48,199 nucleotides of DNA from a virus (taxonomy: Duplodnaviria; Caudoviricetes), in IMG/VR virus record IMGVR_UViG_3300030376_002412, positions 1 to 48,199 of that record, one strand, 5' to 3'. This document shows, piece by piece, positions 17,814-27,601 of this stretch. The position numbers and the translations under genes were made by a program. Each line of letters begins with the position of its first letter. The first letter of the stretch is position 1. The notes under the pieces are model-generated. The model saw only the letters and a program-made list of their open reading frames with translations, was not told where the DNA came from and did not search any database.

Positions 17814-20121
17814 TTTAGACGATAAATTGTCTGATGTATTTGGTTTTGAAAAAGGCGAGGTACAGTATGAAGATGGAGAAATCCATGAAGAAGTACAAGA
17901 ATCTTTAGAGTTGTTAAATGAATACGATAACTCTCGTGAAGCTTGGGCTGTAAAATTCCAAGAGTCTTTAGAGTTTAGAGCGGGTGCTCAATGGACAAAT
18001 GATGAACGTGAAGTATTGGAATCACGTGGTCAAGCACCTATTGTTGTAAACAGAATCCATCCTATTGTTGAAACCGCAAAATCTTTACTTACGTATAACT
18101 CACCTCAATTTCGTTCAACAGCAAGAGAAGATTCCGATAGAGATACAGCCAAAGTTTTTTCTGATTTGTTTTCATGGGTTTGGGACCAATCATCAGGAGA
18201 TGAAGAATTAAAAAAAGTTATTGACGACTATTATGTTGGCGGTATGGGAGTAATGAATGTTTATCAAGATCCCGATGCTGATATGGGTAAAGGAGAAGTT
18301 TATATTAAAGGTGTTAATCCTTTAGATGTTTACATAGATCCTAACGCAAAAGATGTTTATGCTAGAGATGCTGCTAATATTTTAGTTGTAAAATACATTA
18401 CAGACGAACAAGCTATGCAAGTATATCCCGAGTATATGGATATTATTTTAGATGCAGAAAGTGCTGTAGATGGCGATGAAGATTATCCTGAAACAGATTT
18501 ATCTGCTACAGAAGGTCAAATATTTAGCACAGACGAAACAACCACTTATCACAGTAAAAGAAAGTATATTGAAAAATATACAAAAGAAATGCATCAATAC
18601 TATAATGTTTATGAAACTTTTTCTAGAAAAGAATTATTGTTTAATAAAGACGAATATGAAGAATATTTAAAAAGAAGATATATAAAACTATCTAAAATTA
18701 CAGGTGAAGAAATTATTATTTTTGATGAAGTTGCAATGGATGAACTTTATAACATACTACAAACAGTAGGACAAGTATTTCATTTTACTTTACCTGAACC
18801 AGAATTTGACGATCAAGGAAATATTATACCACAAGAACCTAAAAAAGTTCCAGGACCAGAAGATAAAGATGGAATACCAGGGAGTACTACCTCTATTATA
18901 CCTATTACCGCAGAAGAATTAATAGGTATGGAAAAAATAGAGTCTATAGTTATTGATAAATGTTGTGTTAAACAATGTGTAACAGTAGGAAATAATTTAT
19001 TATATACTAGAATATTACCAATTGAAGATTATCCTATTATACCAATAATGAATATACACCATAGAAATCCTTATCCTGAGTCTGATGTAAGATTATACAG
19101 ACCATTGCAAGAGTACATTAACAAAATTCGTTCTTTAATTATTGCTCATGCAAGTACAAGTACAAATGTTAAATTATTGATTCCTCGTGGTTCAGCAGAC
19201 CTCCGACAAATTGAGGAGGAGTGGAGTAAAGCGGGGACTAGCGTTATTGAGTTTGATGCTGAGCTTGGTGCACCTATCGTAGCTGGTCCCGTACCACTTC
19301 CAAATGAGTTATATAAAAATGAAGCTGATGCTAAATATGACTTAGAGTATGGATTTGGTATTTTTGAATTAATGCAAGGAAGCGGAATGAATGCTCCTTC
19401 TACCTATAGAGGAACATTAGTTGTAGACGAGTTTGGTCAAAGACGTATTAAATCCAGAAGAGATGACGTAGAAAACTTTTTAAATCAAGTAGGTAAAGTT
19501 GCTGTACCTTTAATGCAACAAATGTATACAGAAGAAAAAGTTGTGCGACTAGTACAACCTAATGGTACAGAAAAAGAAGAAAGATTTAACTTTTTTAAAG
19601 AAAGTGAAACAGGAGATGTTAAAATGTTTCACGATGTAGCTGTAGGCAGATACGATATTAAAGTAGTTGCTGGTTCTACATTACCTACAAACAGAATGGC
19701 ATTATTAAATACTTATATGCAAATGTTCCAAATGGGTTTAATAGACCAAGCAGAAGTATTGAAGAAGTCAGAAATTATAGATATAGATGGTGTACTAGAG
19801 CGTTCAGGACAAATGAAACAACTAGCACAACAACTACAAATGACACAAGAAGAATTGAAGAAGGTCAAAGGCGACCTACAAACTGCTATGCGTGAAGAGC
19901 TTCATGCTAAGAAACGTTTAGAAGTAGAAAAATTTAGTGGCGATTTAGATAAGATATCTAATCGTGCTGAAGCTGCTACCGAGATGTATAAATCAAGGAT
20001 AGCGGATAGTGAAAAAAATCTGATGAACTCAGTGAAGCAAGTATCTAAAGAACAAATGCAAGGAGAAGAACAAGATTCACCTTCTGCTGCAATTGAGGCA
20101 CTTGAAGAAATTGAGAGTTAG
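17770..20121 (+). CDS. Portal protein, P22-like with C-terminal coiled coil
   Basis: GAQW...RGQAPIVVNRIHPIVE and LQEYINKIRS motifs; position after terL. Confidence 0.9.
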   Translation: MPEQIKKRTKASRSNLDDKLSDVFGFEKGEVQYEDGEIHEEVQESLELLNEYDNSREAWAVKFQESLEFRAGAQWTNDEREVLESRGQAPIVVNRIHPIVETAKSLLTYNSPQFRSTAREDSDRDTAKVFSDLFSWVWDQSSGDEELKKVIDDYYVGGMGVMNVYQDPDADMGKGEVYIKGVNPLDVYIDPNAKDVYARDAANILVVKYITDEQAMQVYPEYMDIILDAESAVDGDEDYPETDLSATEGQIFSTDETTTYHSKRKYIEKYTKEMHQYYNVYETFSRKELLFNKDEYEEYLKRRYIKLSKITGEEIIIFDEVAMDELYNILQTVGQVFHFTLPEPEFDDQGNIIPQEPKKVPGPEDKDGIPGSTTSIIPITAEELIGMEKIESIVIDKCCVKQCVTVGNNLLYTRILPIEDYPIIPIMNIHHRNPYPESDVRLYRPLQEYINKIRSLIIAHASTSTNVKLLIPRGSADLRQIEEEWSKAGTSVIEFDAELGAPIVAGPVPLPNELYKNEADAKYDLEYGFGIFELMQGSGMNAPSTYRGTLVVDEFGQRRIKSRRDDVENFLNQVGKVAVPLMQQMYTEEKVVRLVQPNGTEKEERFNFFKESETGDVKMFHDVAVGRYDIKVVAGSTLPTNRMALLNTYMQMFQMGLIDQAEVLKKSEIIDIDGVLERSGQMKQLAQQLQMTQEELKKVKGDLQTAMREELHAKKRLEVEKFSGDLDKISNRAEAATEMYKSRIADSEKNLMNSVKQVSKEQMQGEEQDSPSAAIEALEEIES

Positions 20122-20139
20122 AGAAAGGTAAAACATACT

Positions 20140-21024
20140 ATGAATAATGAAGAGATAACGAATACAGATCCACTATTAGCAAATCAGGGAACTGCCCCTG
20201 CATCTGCTGAAGATGATAATATCTTTAACGAGATATTTGGTGAACAAGAAGTGAGTAAATACGTTGCACCTATTGAGCCAAAACAAGATGAAGGTAACCT
20301 ATCAGAAGGAACCGTAGGCGTGAATCCTAAGGAAGATCCTAATCAATTTCAGTACTGGCAAAGCCAAGCTGATAAAAAAGATGCAGAACTACAAGAGTTA
20401 AAAGCTAGAATGGATAAAGTGGAGCAATCAGCACCACCTGTACAATCTGCTGCTCCAGTAGAAACGCAACCAGAGCCTATTCAGGAAACAGTACAAAAAC
20501 CTGTTAAACCTGCTAGACCAACCGATTTTGATTCTTCCGAAGCACTAACTGATCCAAATAGTAAGTCTGCGAAGTATGTTGCAGCAAGGGACCAGTATTT
20601 AGAAGAAATAACTGAATACAATGAACTTCAGGTATCTAACCAACAACAGTTAGCAAAACAACAACAGCAACAAGCTGTACAAGCAGCAAATCAAGCTAAG
20701 TTGATTAATGAATTGCAAGCTAAATATAGTTACACACCAGAAGAAGCTAATGATTTTATTGTAAAAATGTCTTCACCAGAGTCATTGTCCTTAGACAATT
20801 TAGTAAAACTGCATAGAGGCGACCAACAGCAGGGACAACCTGTAACGAGTCCATCTACAGCAGATTTGCAATTAGAAGTGATGAGACAACGCAAAGAAAA
20901 ATTAGCAATCCCTAAACCTATTACGACACAGCCGAGTGCTAACGTGCAGTCATCTAGAAAAATAGAAGATCAAATGATGGATTCCATGATTGGAAGTTTC
21001 AAGAAAAAGAATCCATTTAGTTAA
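20140..21024 (+). CDS. Capsid scaffolding protein (putative)
   Basis: Acidic/Pro/Gln-rich with coiled coil; between portal and capsid. Confidence 0.7.
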   Translation: MNNEEITNTDPLLANQGTAPASAEDDNIFNEIFGEQEVSKYVAPIEPKQDEGNLSEGTVGVNPKEDPNQFQYWQSQADKKDAELQELKARMDKVEQSAPPVQSAAPVETQPEPIQETVQKPVKPARPTDFDSSEALTDPNSKSAKYVAARDQYLEEITEYNELQVSNQQQLAKQQQQQAVQAANQAKLINELQAKYSYTPEEANDFIVKMSSPESLSLDNLVKLHRGDQQQGQPVTSPSTADLQLEVMRQRKEKLAIPKPITTQPSANVQSSRKIEDQMMDSMIGSFKKKNPFS

Positions 21025-21047
21025 AAACCTAAAAGGAGAGAGGCAAG

Positions 21048-22499
21048 ATGGCTAATCAATATAGTATCACACCTGGTGTGACTTTAGATGGTGCAAACGG
21101 AAGCGCTAGCTCTATTAATGATTCAAGAAGAATCTTTAATTTTGGAGAAAGAGTTGCTGAATTAGCACCGCAAACATCACCTTTTCTAACATATCTGGCT
21201 AGAGTCGGTAAGAAAGCTACAGACGATCCTGTGTTTAAGTTCTTAGAACAAAGACATCAGTATCAAAGACGTAACTTCCAATGTGCTCAGGCTAAAGATA
21301 TAACTAATTATGGTTCAGGAAACTGGGCTGTAACTGGTTTAAGACTGGATGCACCTTATGACCAGTTTGGTAGAGAAGTTGATACAAGTGTAAGACCTGA
21401 ATTTTTAATTGTAGGTCAAATAATCGCTATAGAAGGCGAATGGGATGAAGACGGAGTTGATGGTTCTGATAAACCAGTTATTGCATATTTCAGGGTGACA
21501 GCTGTAGATAACGCAAGTGCTGATTATTCAGTAATTTCAGGTACATTCATCAAAGCAATATTAAAACCAACACATTCTGCTAATGGAGCAGACGCTGCAA
21601 CTAAGGGCTTAGTAGCTCCTGGAGCAGACGATCACTTACGTTTAGATGATAACGTTAAAGGTCAAGTAGTTGGTTCAGCATACGCTGAGGGTCACGATGG
21701 TGACACTTTAGAAGGATGGAAAGATGAGTTCTATTCAAGAGAGGGTTATACTCAAATCTTTAAGACTCTTGTTCCATTATTCTCAGGTACAGCGTTAGCT
21801 ACACGTTATCGTGGAGTAGCAAACGAATATATGAGAGTTTATCAAGAAAAACTTATGGAACATAAGATGGATCTTGAACACGCTTTCTTATTCGGTATGG
21901 GTACTGACGATAGCACAGCAAGTGGACCATTACGTAGAACATGGGGTATCTTACCATATACAGAAGCATACGGAAAAGTTAAAACTTTTTCATACGGTTC
22001 AGCAACTTACGATTCATTCGTAGATGCAATGGAAGATGTATTCTCACCAGAATCTGGAAACAGTGGAGAGAAACTTGTTCTGTGTTCAAGAAAAGTTATG
22101 TCCTTCTTTAATAAATTAGGAGGTAACTCATTCTTAGGTAATATGATGGCTCAACAAGTAGACAGTCAAAGAGTTTATGCTGGTGGTTCTGGATTTGATA
22201 TTCAGAATGTACAGAATGAATTTGGTATGAATGTAACTAGAATTTCTACTATTTATGGTGGAATTAACTTAGTTATGGAACCACTATTCAGAAATCAGCA
22301 TGAAAACACTGCTATTATGATTGATCTAAACAACGTTGCTTACAGACCGTTAGAAGGTAATGGCGTATCAAGAGATACTCAAATTATCACTAACATCCAA
22401 GGCGATGGTGTTGATGGAAGAAAAGACATGATTCTTACAGAAGCAGGTCTTGAAATTTCATTACCAGAAACACACACTGTGTTACAATTTGTAGCATAA
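21048..22499 (+). CDS. Major capsid protein, HK97 fold (SU10/DUF5309-like)
   Basis: SPFLTYL, YTQIFK, EHKMDLEHAFLFG, TIYGGINLV, ILTEAGLE; strong RBS; downstream hairpin. Confidence 0.88.
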   Translation: MANQYSITPGVTLDGANGSASSINDSRRIFNFGERVAELAPQTSPFLTYLARVGKKATDDPVFKFLEQRHQYQRRNFQCAQAKDITNYGSGNWAVTGLRLDAPYDQFGREVDTSVRPEFLIVGQIIAIEGEWDEDGVDGSDKPVIAYFRVTAVDNASADYSVISGTFIKAILKPTHSANGADAATKGLVAPGADDHLRLDDNVKGQVVGSAYAEGHDGDTLEGWKDEFYSREGYTQIFKTLVPLFSGTALATRYRGVANEYMRVYQEKLMEHKMDLEHAFLFGMGTDDSTASGPLRRTWGILPYTEAYGKVKTFSYGSATYDSFVDAMEDVFSPESGNSGEKLVLCSRKVMSFFNKLGGNSFLGNMMAQQVDSQRVYAGGSGFDIQNVQNEFGMNVTRISTIYGGINLVMEPLFRNQHENTAIMIDLNNVAYRPLEGNGVSRDTQIITNIQGDGVDGRKDMILTEAGLEISLPETHTVLQFVA

Positions 22500-22506
22500 T
22501 AATAAC

Positions 22507-22530
22507 GAGGGGGATGAAATATTCCCCCTC
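22507..22530 (+). terminator. GC-rich stem-loop after the capsid gene (leaky terminator or stabiliser)
   Basis: GAGGGGGA/TCCCCCTC 8-bp stem; weak U-tract. Confidence 0.6.
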
Positions 22531-22549
22531 ACTTAACAGAGAGGTAATT

Positions 22550-22840
22550 ATGAATTTTAAATTTGATGGTAAAAAAGTAAAAGCAGATATGACTAAACAG
22601 TTAGGATATGCACAAGCAGGAGCAACTAAATTTATTGAAAGAGCTGGAGCTTCTGCATCTACTGCAAGACAAATGGGTGCAAAAGCAACTGGACAAGCTG
22701 CTATTGGTAAAGCAATTAATGCTTTTGGTAAAGGAATGAAATTAGCTAAAGCTAATCCTGCTATACTAGGAGCTACTGCTGTTGGAATGGGTATTCAAAA
22801 TACTTATAATAGAATTAAGACAAGAAGGGCTAAAAAATAA
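22550..22840 (+). CDS. Small basic Ala/Gly/Lys-rich protein
   Basis: Likely start 22550 after GAGG (the track start 22514 lies inside the hairpin). Confidence 0.7.
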   Translation: MNFKFDGKKVKADMTKQLGYAQAGATKFIERAGASASTARQMGAKATGQAAIGKAINAFGKGMKLAKANPAILGATAVGMGIQNTYNRIKTRRAKK

Positions 22841-23031
22841 TGGGCGTAGCAACAAGAGCAGCTAAACAGCTTATGGCTTTAAGAAAGATGACTAAACCTA
22901 ATTTGAATGATCTACAAAACTATTCTACTATTTTAGATGCAAGTAAGAAAGCAGGTACAAGACAAAGGCTGTACAATGAAACTGGTATGCATAGCGCATG
23001 GGATGTTATTAAAAAGAGAAGAGGTAAATAA
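22840..23031 (+). CDS. Small basic hypothetical protein
   Basis: TAATG coupling. Confidence 0.65.
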   Translation: MGVATRAAKQLMALRKMTKPNLNDLQNYSTILDASKKAGTRQRLYNETGMHSAWDVIKKRRGK

Positions 23032-23033
23032 CA

Positions 23034-24956
23034 ATGAGTTTTCAAACTGACATAGAAGCTATAACTGGTAGTATTAGTAGTATTACTACTGAAGCTACTC
23101 AGTATTTAAGAGAAGGTGTAAAACAAGTTACTAAGTTTGTAATGAAAAATCCTGAAATGAAAATGAGATTAACACAGGATGCAAATTTAAACAATGTTTC
23201 TCCTCAGTTAGTTATGACCAATGTTTTGCATATAGCAAGTGTAACAAGGCTTGATGCAGATACAAATGGGCAAGCAAGATCTTGTATGGAAATACCAGAA
23301 GAGCTTGCAGGTCAGTATGAAGATGTAAATAGTATTTACTATACTACAAAGTTAGATCCTAAGTATTATGTAGCTAATAACACATTAAGCGTATTGCCTG
23401 AACCTACAGCAAATCAAACTGCTAAAGTAAAACATATTACTCCTGAAACTAATACAGCATTAAGTGAAAGCGATGTAGCTAATTTTCCACCTGAGTTAAA
23501 TAGAGGTGTAATCTTATATGCTGCAGGTGAAGTACTAAGAAAGTTTTTAAGTTTAAAAAATGCAACATTAGTTGGATTATCTATGCAAGATGTAGTTCCT
23601 CCAAGTTCTCCATCTTTAGATTCAATTATTTACAATGGACCTGGAAATGCAGATGTAGGCGGGGGAGCAACAGCAAGTACAGTTTCTAATGCTACAAACG
23701 TAACTGCTTCTAGCAAAATTAGTTTAGGAGCTGCGCCAAACTATGATAAGTTGCAAAGTTATGCATTATCAACAATTGGCAATATATCGGCTTTAGATTT
23801 GACAGGCATATCAATACCTAGCTCTAACATTGGTTTGTCCATAGTGACCTATTCTGGGCCTTCTAACAGCGATGTAGGTACTATATCAACTACAAGTGTT
23901 GGGTTTAGCACTGCAATTACCTCAGGTGACAAAGCGGATGTAGCACCAACTCCAGTTTATAATACGCCTACTAATAGCGTAGATTTTACAACAGCTAATA
24001 TAGGAGTAGACGCATATTTAGGAACTGAAGATATAGAATTAGCAAGTGCTGCTTTAAGAAAAGAACAACAAAAATTACAAGACTATCAAGCTGATATACA
24101 AAATAATTCAGTAGAGTTTAATAGTAGTGTTGAGAAATTTAGAGCTGATAATCAAATGTCTTTAGATAAAGTACAACGTGATTTACAAGCTAGTGTTCAA
24201 ACAGCACAATTAGATTTAGCTGAAGCACAAGCAGACGCACAAATAGCATCTACTAAAAAAGATAGAGAGTTTGCTGAGAAGTCACAACGTTTAATACAAA
24301 ATGCTATAAATGATATGTCTGCAGCAATTAAAGACAATGAATTTAAAATAGCAGAATTTAATGCGTTAATTAATAAATATCAGGCAGAAGTAAATACTAC
24401 AATATCAGAACATCAGTCTAATATTGCTAGAGAAATACAAAAAGCTCAGCTATTAAGAAGTACAGAACTTTCACAGTTTGGTGTACAAATGCAAGATGAA
24501 TTAAACAATTTTCAATCAGATGCTGTAAGTTATCAGTCTAACATACAAGCAGAACTAGATAAAACACAAAGAGATCTACAAGCATTAATAGTAGAAGCAC
24601 AAAATGATTTAAGTGCAGCACAAGCTACTGCTCAGTTAGCAACTAATGTGGCTTTACAAAATCAAGCAGAAAAATCACAACGATTAATACAAAACGCTAT
24701 TAAAGATATGGAAACAGCGATACAAAACAATGCTGCTAAAATATCTAAATATAATTCTGAAATACAATCTTATGCTACACAAGTAACAGAAGAAGTACAA
24801 AAATATCAAAGTGAATTGCAAGAAGTTGTACAAGATTATAATTGGATTGCTCAACAATATCAAATAACTAAAAATGATTTTATAGATTTTCTATCACCAT
24901 ATTTACTAACGAGAGGAGTGCCAAGTGAAGTTGCAGCAAATGATAGACCAAGTTAA
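23034..24956 (+). CDS. Head-tail adaptor-like virion protein with long internally duplicated extension
   Basis: Adaptor-like PKYYV..NTLSVLPEP and FPPELNRGVILYAA; duplicated EKSQRLIQNAI coiled-coil blocks. Confidence 0.6.
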   Translation: MSFQTDIEAITGSISSITTEATQYLREGVKQVTKFVMKNPEMKMRLTQDANLNNVSPQLVMTNVLHIASVTRLDADTNGQARSCMEIPEELAGQYEDVNSIYYTTKLDPKYYVANNTLSVLPEPTANQTAKVKHITPETNTALSESDVANFPPELNRGVILYAAGEVLRKFLSLKNATLVGLSMQDVVPPSSPSLDSIIYNGPGNADVGGGATASTVSNATNVTASSKISLGAAPNYDKLQSYALSTIGNISALDLTGISIPSSNIGLSIVTYSGPSNSDVGTISTTSVGFSTAITSGDKADVAPTPVYNTPTNSVDFTTANIGVDAYLGTEDIELASAALRKEQQKLQDYQADIQNNSVEFNSSVEKFRADNQMSLDKVQRDLQASVQTAQLDLAEAQADAQIASTKKDREFAEKSQRLIQNAINDMSAAIKDNEFKIAEFNALINKYQAEVNTTISEHQSNIAREIQKAQLLRSTELSQFGVQMQDELNNFQSDAVSYQSNIQAELDKTQRDLQALIVEAQNDLSAAQATAQLATNVALQNQAEKSQRLIQNAIKDMETAIQNNAAKISKYNSEIQSYATQVTEEVQKYQSELQEVVQDYNWIAQQYQITKNDFIDFLSPYLLTRGVPSEVAANDRPS

Positions 24957-25203
24957 AAAACATCATCCAGATTTAGGAGTTAATGAAATTATACATTTAT
25001 TAAACCAGGCATCAGATGAATTTTGTTCTAGAACATTAATATTAGATGAAGCTACACAATTTACAACTGAAGCTAACAAACGTTATTATGGATTAAAAGA
25101 TACTATACTAGAAATTAAATCTGTAGATCTAGAAGATGAAGACGGAAACCATGTAACGATAAAAAGATTAATGGGTAGACCTCAATATAGGGATTTAACA
25201 TAA
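24925..25203 (+). CDS. Adaptor/tail ring protein, N-terminal-like part
   Basis: MKLQQMID...LLNQASDEFCSRT...RYYGL pattern; GGAG RBS with GTG start. Confidence 0.6.
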   Translation: MKLQQMIDQVKKHHPDLGVNEIIHLLNQASDEFCSRTLILDEATQFTTEANKRYYGLKDTILEIKSVDLEDEDGNHVTIKRLMGRPQYRDLT

Positions 25204-25604
25204 TGGCGCATAATACAGAAAATACTATTACTAAGCACAAAGTATATTGGATAGAAAGAGATTCTATTGGTTTATCAGAATATGATTCTACAAGAACAGG
25301 AAAAAATGCATATACAAGTTTAACAAGTGCATTAACTGTTACTTTGTTTTATTATAAAAAAGCTACTCATTTTAATACGTTAGACAATAATACTGCTATG
25401 ACAGAACAAAGTGAAATACCATTGCAATTTCATCAGTATTTAGTAGATAGAGTAGTACAGTTGGGGTATGAACAAAAACCAGAAATGATACAGATGGCAC
25501 CATACTTTGAACAAAAATTTGAAAAAGGAATTAAAGAAGGAAAAATGTTTGCTAATCGTGGAAGAATTAGTGGAATCAGACACGTGAAGCAATCTAGCTT
25601 TTAG
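25203..25604 (+). CDS. Adaptor/tail ring protein, C-terminal-like part
   Basis: SEIPLQFHQYLVD motif; TAATG coupling. Confidence 0.6.
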   Translation: MAHNTENTITKHKVYWIERDSIGLSEYDSTRTGKNAYTSLTSALTVTLFYYKKATHFNTLDNNTAMTEQSEIPLQFHQYLVDRVVQLGYEQKPEMIQMAPYFEQKFEKGIKEGKMFANRGRISGIRHVKQSSF

Positions 25605-25612
25605 GAGGAAGC

Positions 25613-26092
25613 ATGGCAAATAAATTAATAATTAAAAACTCGTTAGAACCACAACAAGAAGTAATAGATTCAGCAGGTGGTAAAACGTATACTAATTTTC
25701 AAACAGAACAAAATACTGGAAATCAAGGCGGTACATATCAAAGTACATTTACCGATGCTAAAGCAATTAAGTATGTTGGCGTTGTAGATCAACAATCTGC
25801 AGCTGCTTTAACAGATGGAAATATAGCTTTTAAGGGAACTGCAACAACCACAGGTGTTGAACCTAGTGCGTCAGGGGTAAAAGCTTTTTATGTTAAATAT
25901 GATAGTACTTTAGGTACTGTAGCTAATGTAATTGTTACATTTGATTCGCAACAACACGCAGTATTAAGTGTGGGAGAGTCTGTATGTATACCGTTAGTGA
26001 GCGCAGATTTAGCAAAATGCAAAATACAGGCTTCTGCTTATCAGCTAGATACTCATGAAGCAACAGTAACAGTAGTATTAATAGGGGACTAA
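25613..26092 (+). CDS. Putative virion structural protein (159 aa)
   Basis: GGAGG RBS; beta-rich; within the tail module. Confidence 0.65.
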   Translation: MANKLIIKNSLEPQQEVIDSAGGKTYTNFQTEQNTGNQGGTYQSTFTDAKAIKYVGVVDQQSAAALTDGNIAFKGTATTTGVEPSASGVKAFYVKYDSTLGTVANVIVTFDSQQHAVLSVGESVCIPLVSADLAKCKIQASAYQLDTHEATVTVVLIGD

Positions 26093-26325
26093 TGGCTAAT
26101 ACGTGGAAAAAAGGAAACTTTGGATTAGAGTCCTTCGATACAATTGGTTCTGCTATGAATGAATTGGTTCAAACATTTACAGACAACTTAGATGCAAATT
26201 ATAATAATGTAGCTATAACTAGCGATGCAACGTTTAACGATGTATCAATACCTTTAGATGCATCATACAGCGATGTGTCTAAACCTAGTATGCCTACATA
26301 TACAGATCAGGGGGCAAATACATAA
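26092..26325 (+). CDS. Hypothetical protein with short F/Y-x-D-V-S repeats
   Basis: Coupled; YNNVAI/FNDVSI/YSDVSK periodicity. Confidence 0.65.
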   Translation: MANTWKKGNFGLESFDTIGSAMNELVQTFTDNLDANYNNVAITSDATFNDVSIPLDASYSDVSKPSMPTYTDQGANT

Positions 26326-26582
26326 TGGGTGGAACATTATCAAAACCAAATAGAATTAAAGATGTATATACTAAATTAGTATTTTTTGATGACAATAAAT
26401 TAAAATTTGACAATGGAACTACAGATGTGGTAATAACAGATGCTGACAATTTTGGAGAAGATACAGTAGCTGAATTGCAAGATACAAACATAACTTCGCC
26501 ACAAAATAGTGCATTATTGAAATATGACTCATCCAGTCAAAAATGGATAGATGATAACGAAATAGATTGCGGTGGATTTTAA
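26325..26582 (+). CDS. Small tail-fibre-associated protein ending IDCGGF
   Basis: ELQDTNITSPQNSALLKYD..KW repeat unit typical of phage fibres. Confidence 0.65.
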   Translation: MGGTLSKPNRIKDVYTKLVFFDDNKLKFDNGTTDVVITDADNFGEDTVAELQDTNITSPQNSALLKYDSSSQKWIDDNEIDCGGF

Positions 26583-26595
26583 AGGGAGATAAAAA

Positions 26596-27588
26596 ATGGC
26601 AAATACGTTAAAAATTAAAAGAAATACGTGGAACAATAGTAGCACTCCAAGTGGACTATCTTATGGTGAATTAGCTTGGGATAATGCAGGGGAAACTCTA
26701 TATATTGGGAAGCAAACAGATGGCGGTGGAACAGTTAGTTCGGTTAAAGTTTCTACTGAAGCAACAACAAGTGTAAAAGGATTAGCAAGTTTTAATAGTG
26801 CTAATTTTGCTGTAAGCAATGGAGATGTTACTATTAAAAACTTAGGTGTTGCTACAGCTGAATTGCAAGATCTTGCTGTTACTACAGCTAAAATAGGTAA
26901 CGATGCAGTTACTTTAGGAAGTAAAACAAGTGGAAACTATGTAGCTGCTATTACTGGAGGTACTGGTATAACAAATGTTTCTGCAGCAAGTGAAGGAGCT
27001 TCTCATACTTTGTCTGTAAATTTAGATGAATTGAGTACAGTTACATCTGTAGCAAACAATGATTATATTGTTACAGTTGATTTTGCAACTGGTAATACAG
27101 AAAAAATGCAGTTGGAAGTAATTGAAAATAAATTATTTGCAGCAGTAAGTGGAGATATAGCTATAAGCTCATCTGGAGTTGCGTCTATATCTGCAGGATC
27201 TATTGTTACAGCAGACATAGCTAACGACCAAGTAACTGGAGATAAGTTAGCAAATGACATTACTATTGCAAATGACTTAATTGTTAGTGGAGATTTAACA
27301 GTACAAGGAGATACTACTACTATTAACACTGCTACATTGGCAGTAGAAGACAAAGATATTGTAATAGCTAGCGGAGCTAGTGATTCTTCAGCAGCTAATA
27401 ACGCTGGTATTATTATTGGTAGCGATGTAGCTAGTATTAAATATGTTCATTCAGGAACTAAGTGGGCATTGAATAAAAACACAGCTATCACTGGTACTTT
27501 AGCAGTATCAAGTACGTCTGCATTTACTGGAGCTATTACAGCTTCTGGTGGTTTTGCTAATACCACATTTGATGGTGGAACATTTTAA
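26596..27588 (+). CDS. Tail fibre protein (Mtd-N-like start, ends DGGTF)
   Basis: LKIKR...PSGLSYGELAW...LYIG; VTTAKI repeats; TINTATLAVEDKDI. Confidence 0.8.
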   Translation: MANTLKIKRNTWNNSSTPSGLSYGELAWDNAGETLYIGKQTDGGGTVSSVKVSTEATTSVKGLASFNSANFAVSNGDVTIKNLGVATAELQDLAVTTAKIGNDAVTLGSKTSGNYVAAITGGTGITNVSAASEGASHTLSVNLDELSTVTSVANNDYIVTVDFATGNTEKMQLEVIENKLFAAVSGDIAISSSGVASISAGSIVTADIANDQVTGDKLANDITIANDLIVSGDLTVQGDTTTINTATLAVEDKDIVIASGASDSSAANNAGIIIGSDVASIKYVHSGTKWALNKNTAITGTLAVSSTSAFTGAITASGGFANTTFDGGTF

Positions 27589-27601
27589 TTAGGAGCAATC
27601 A

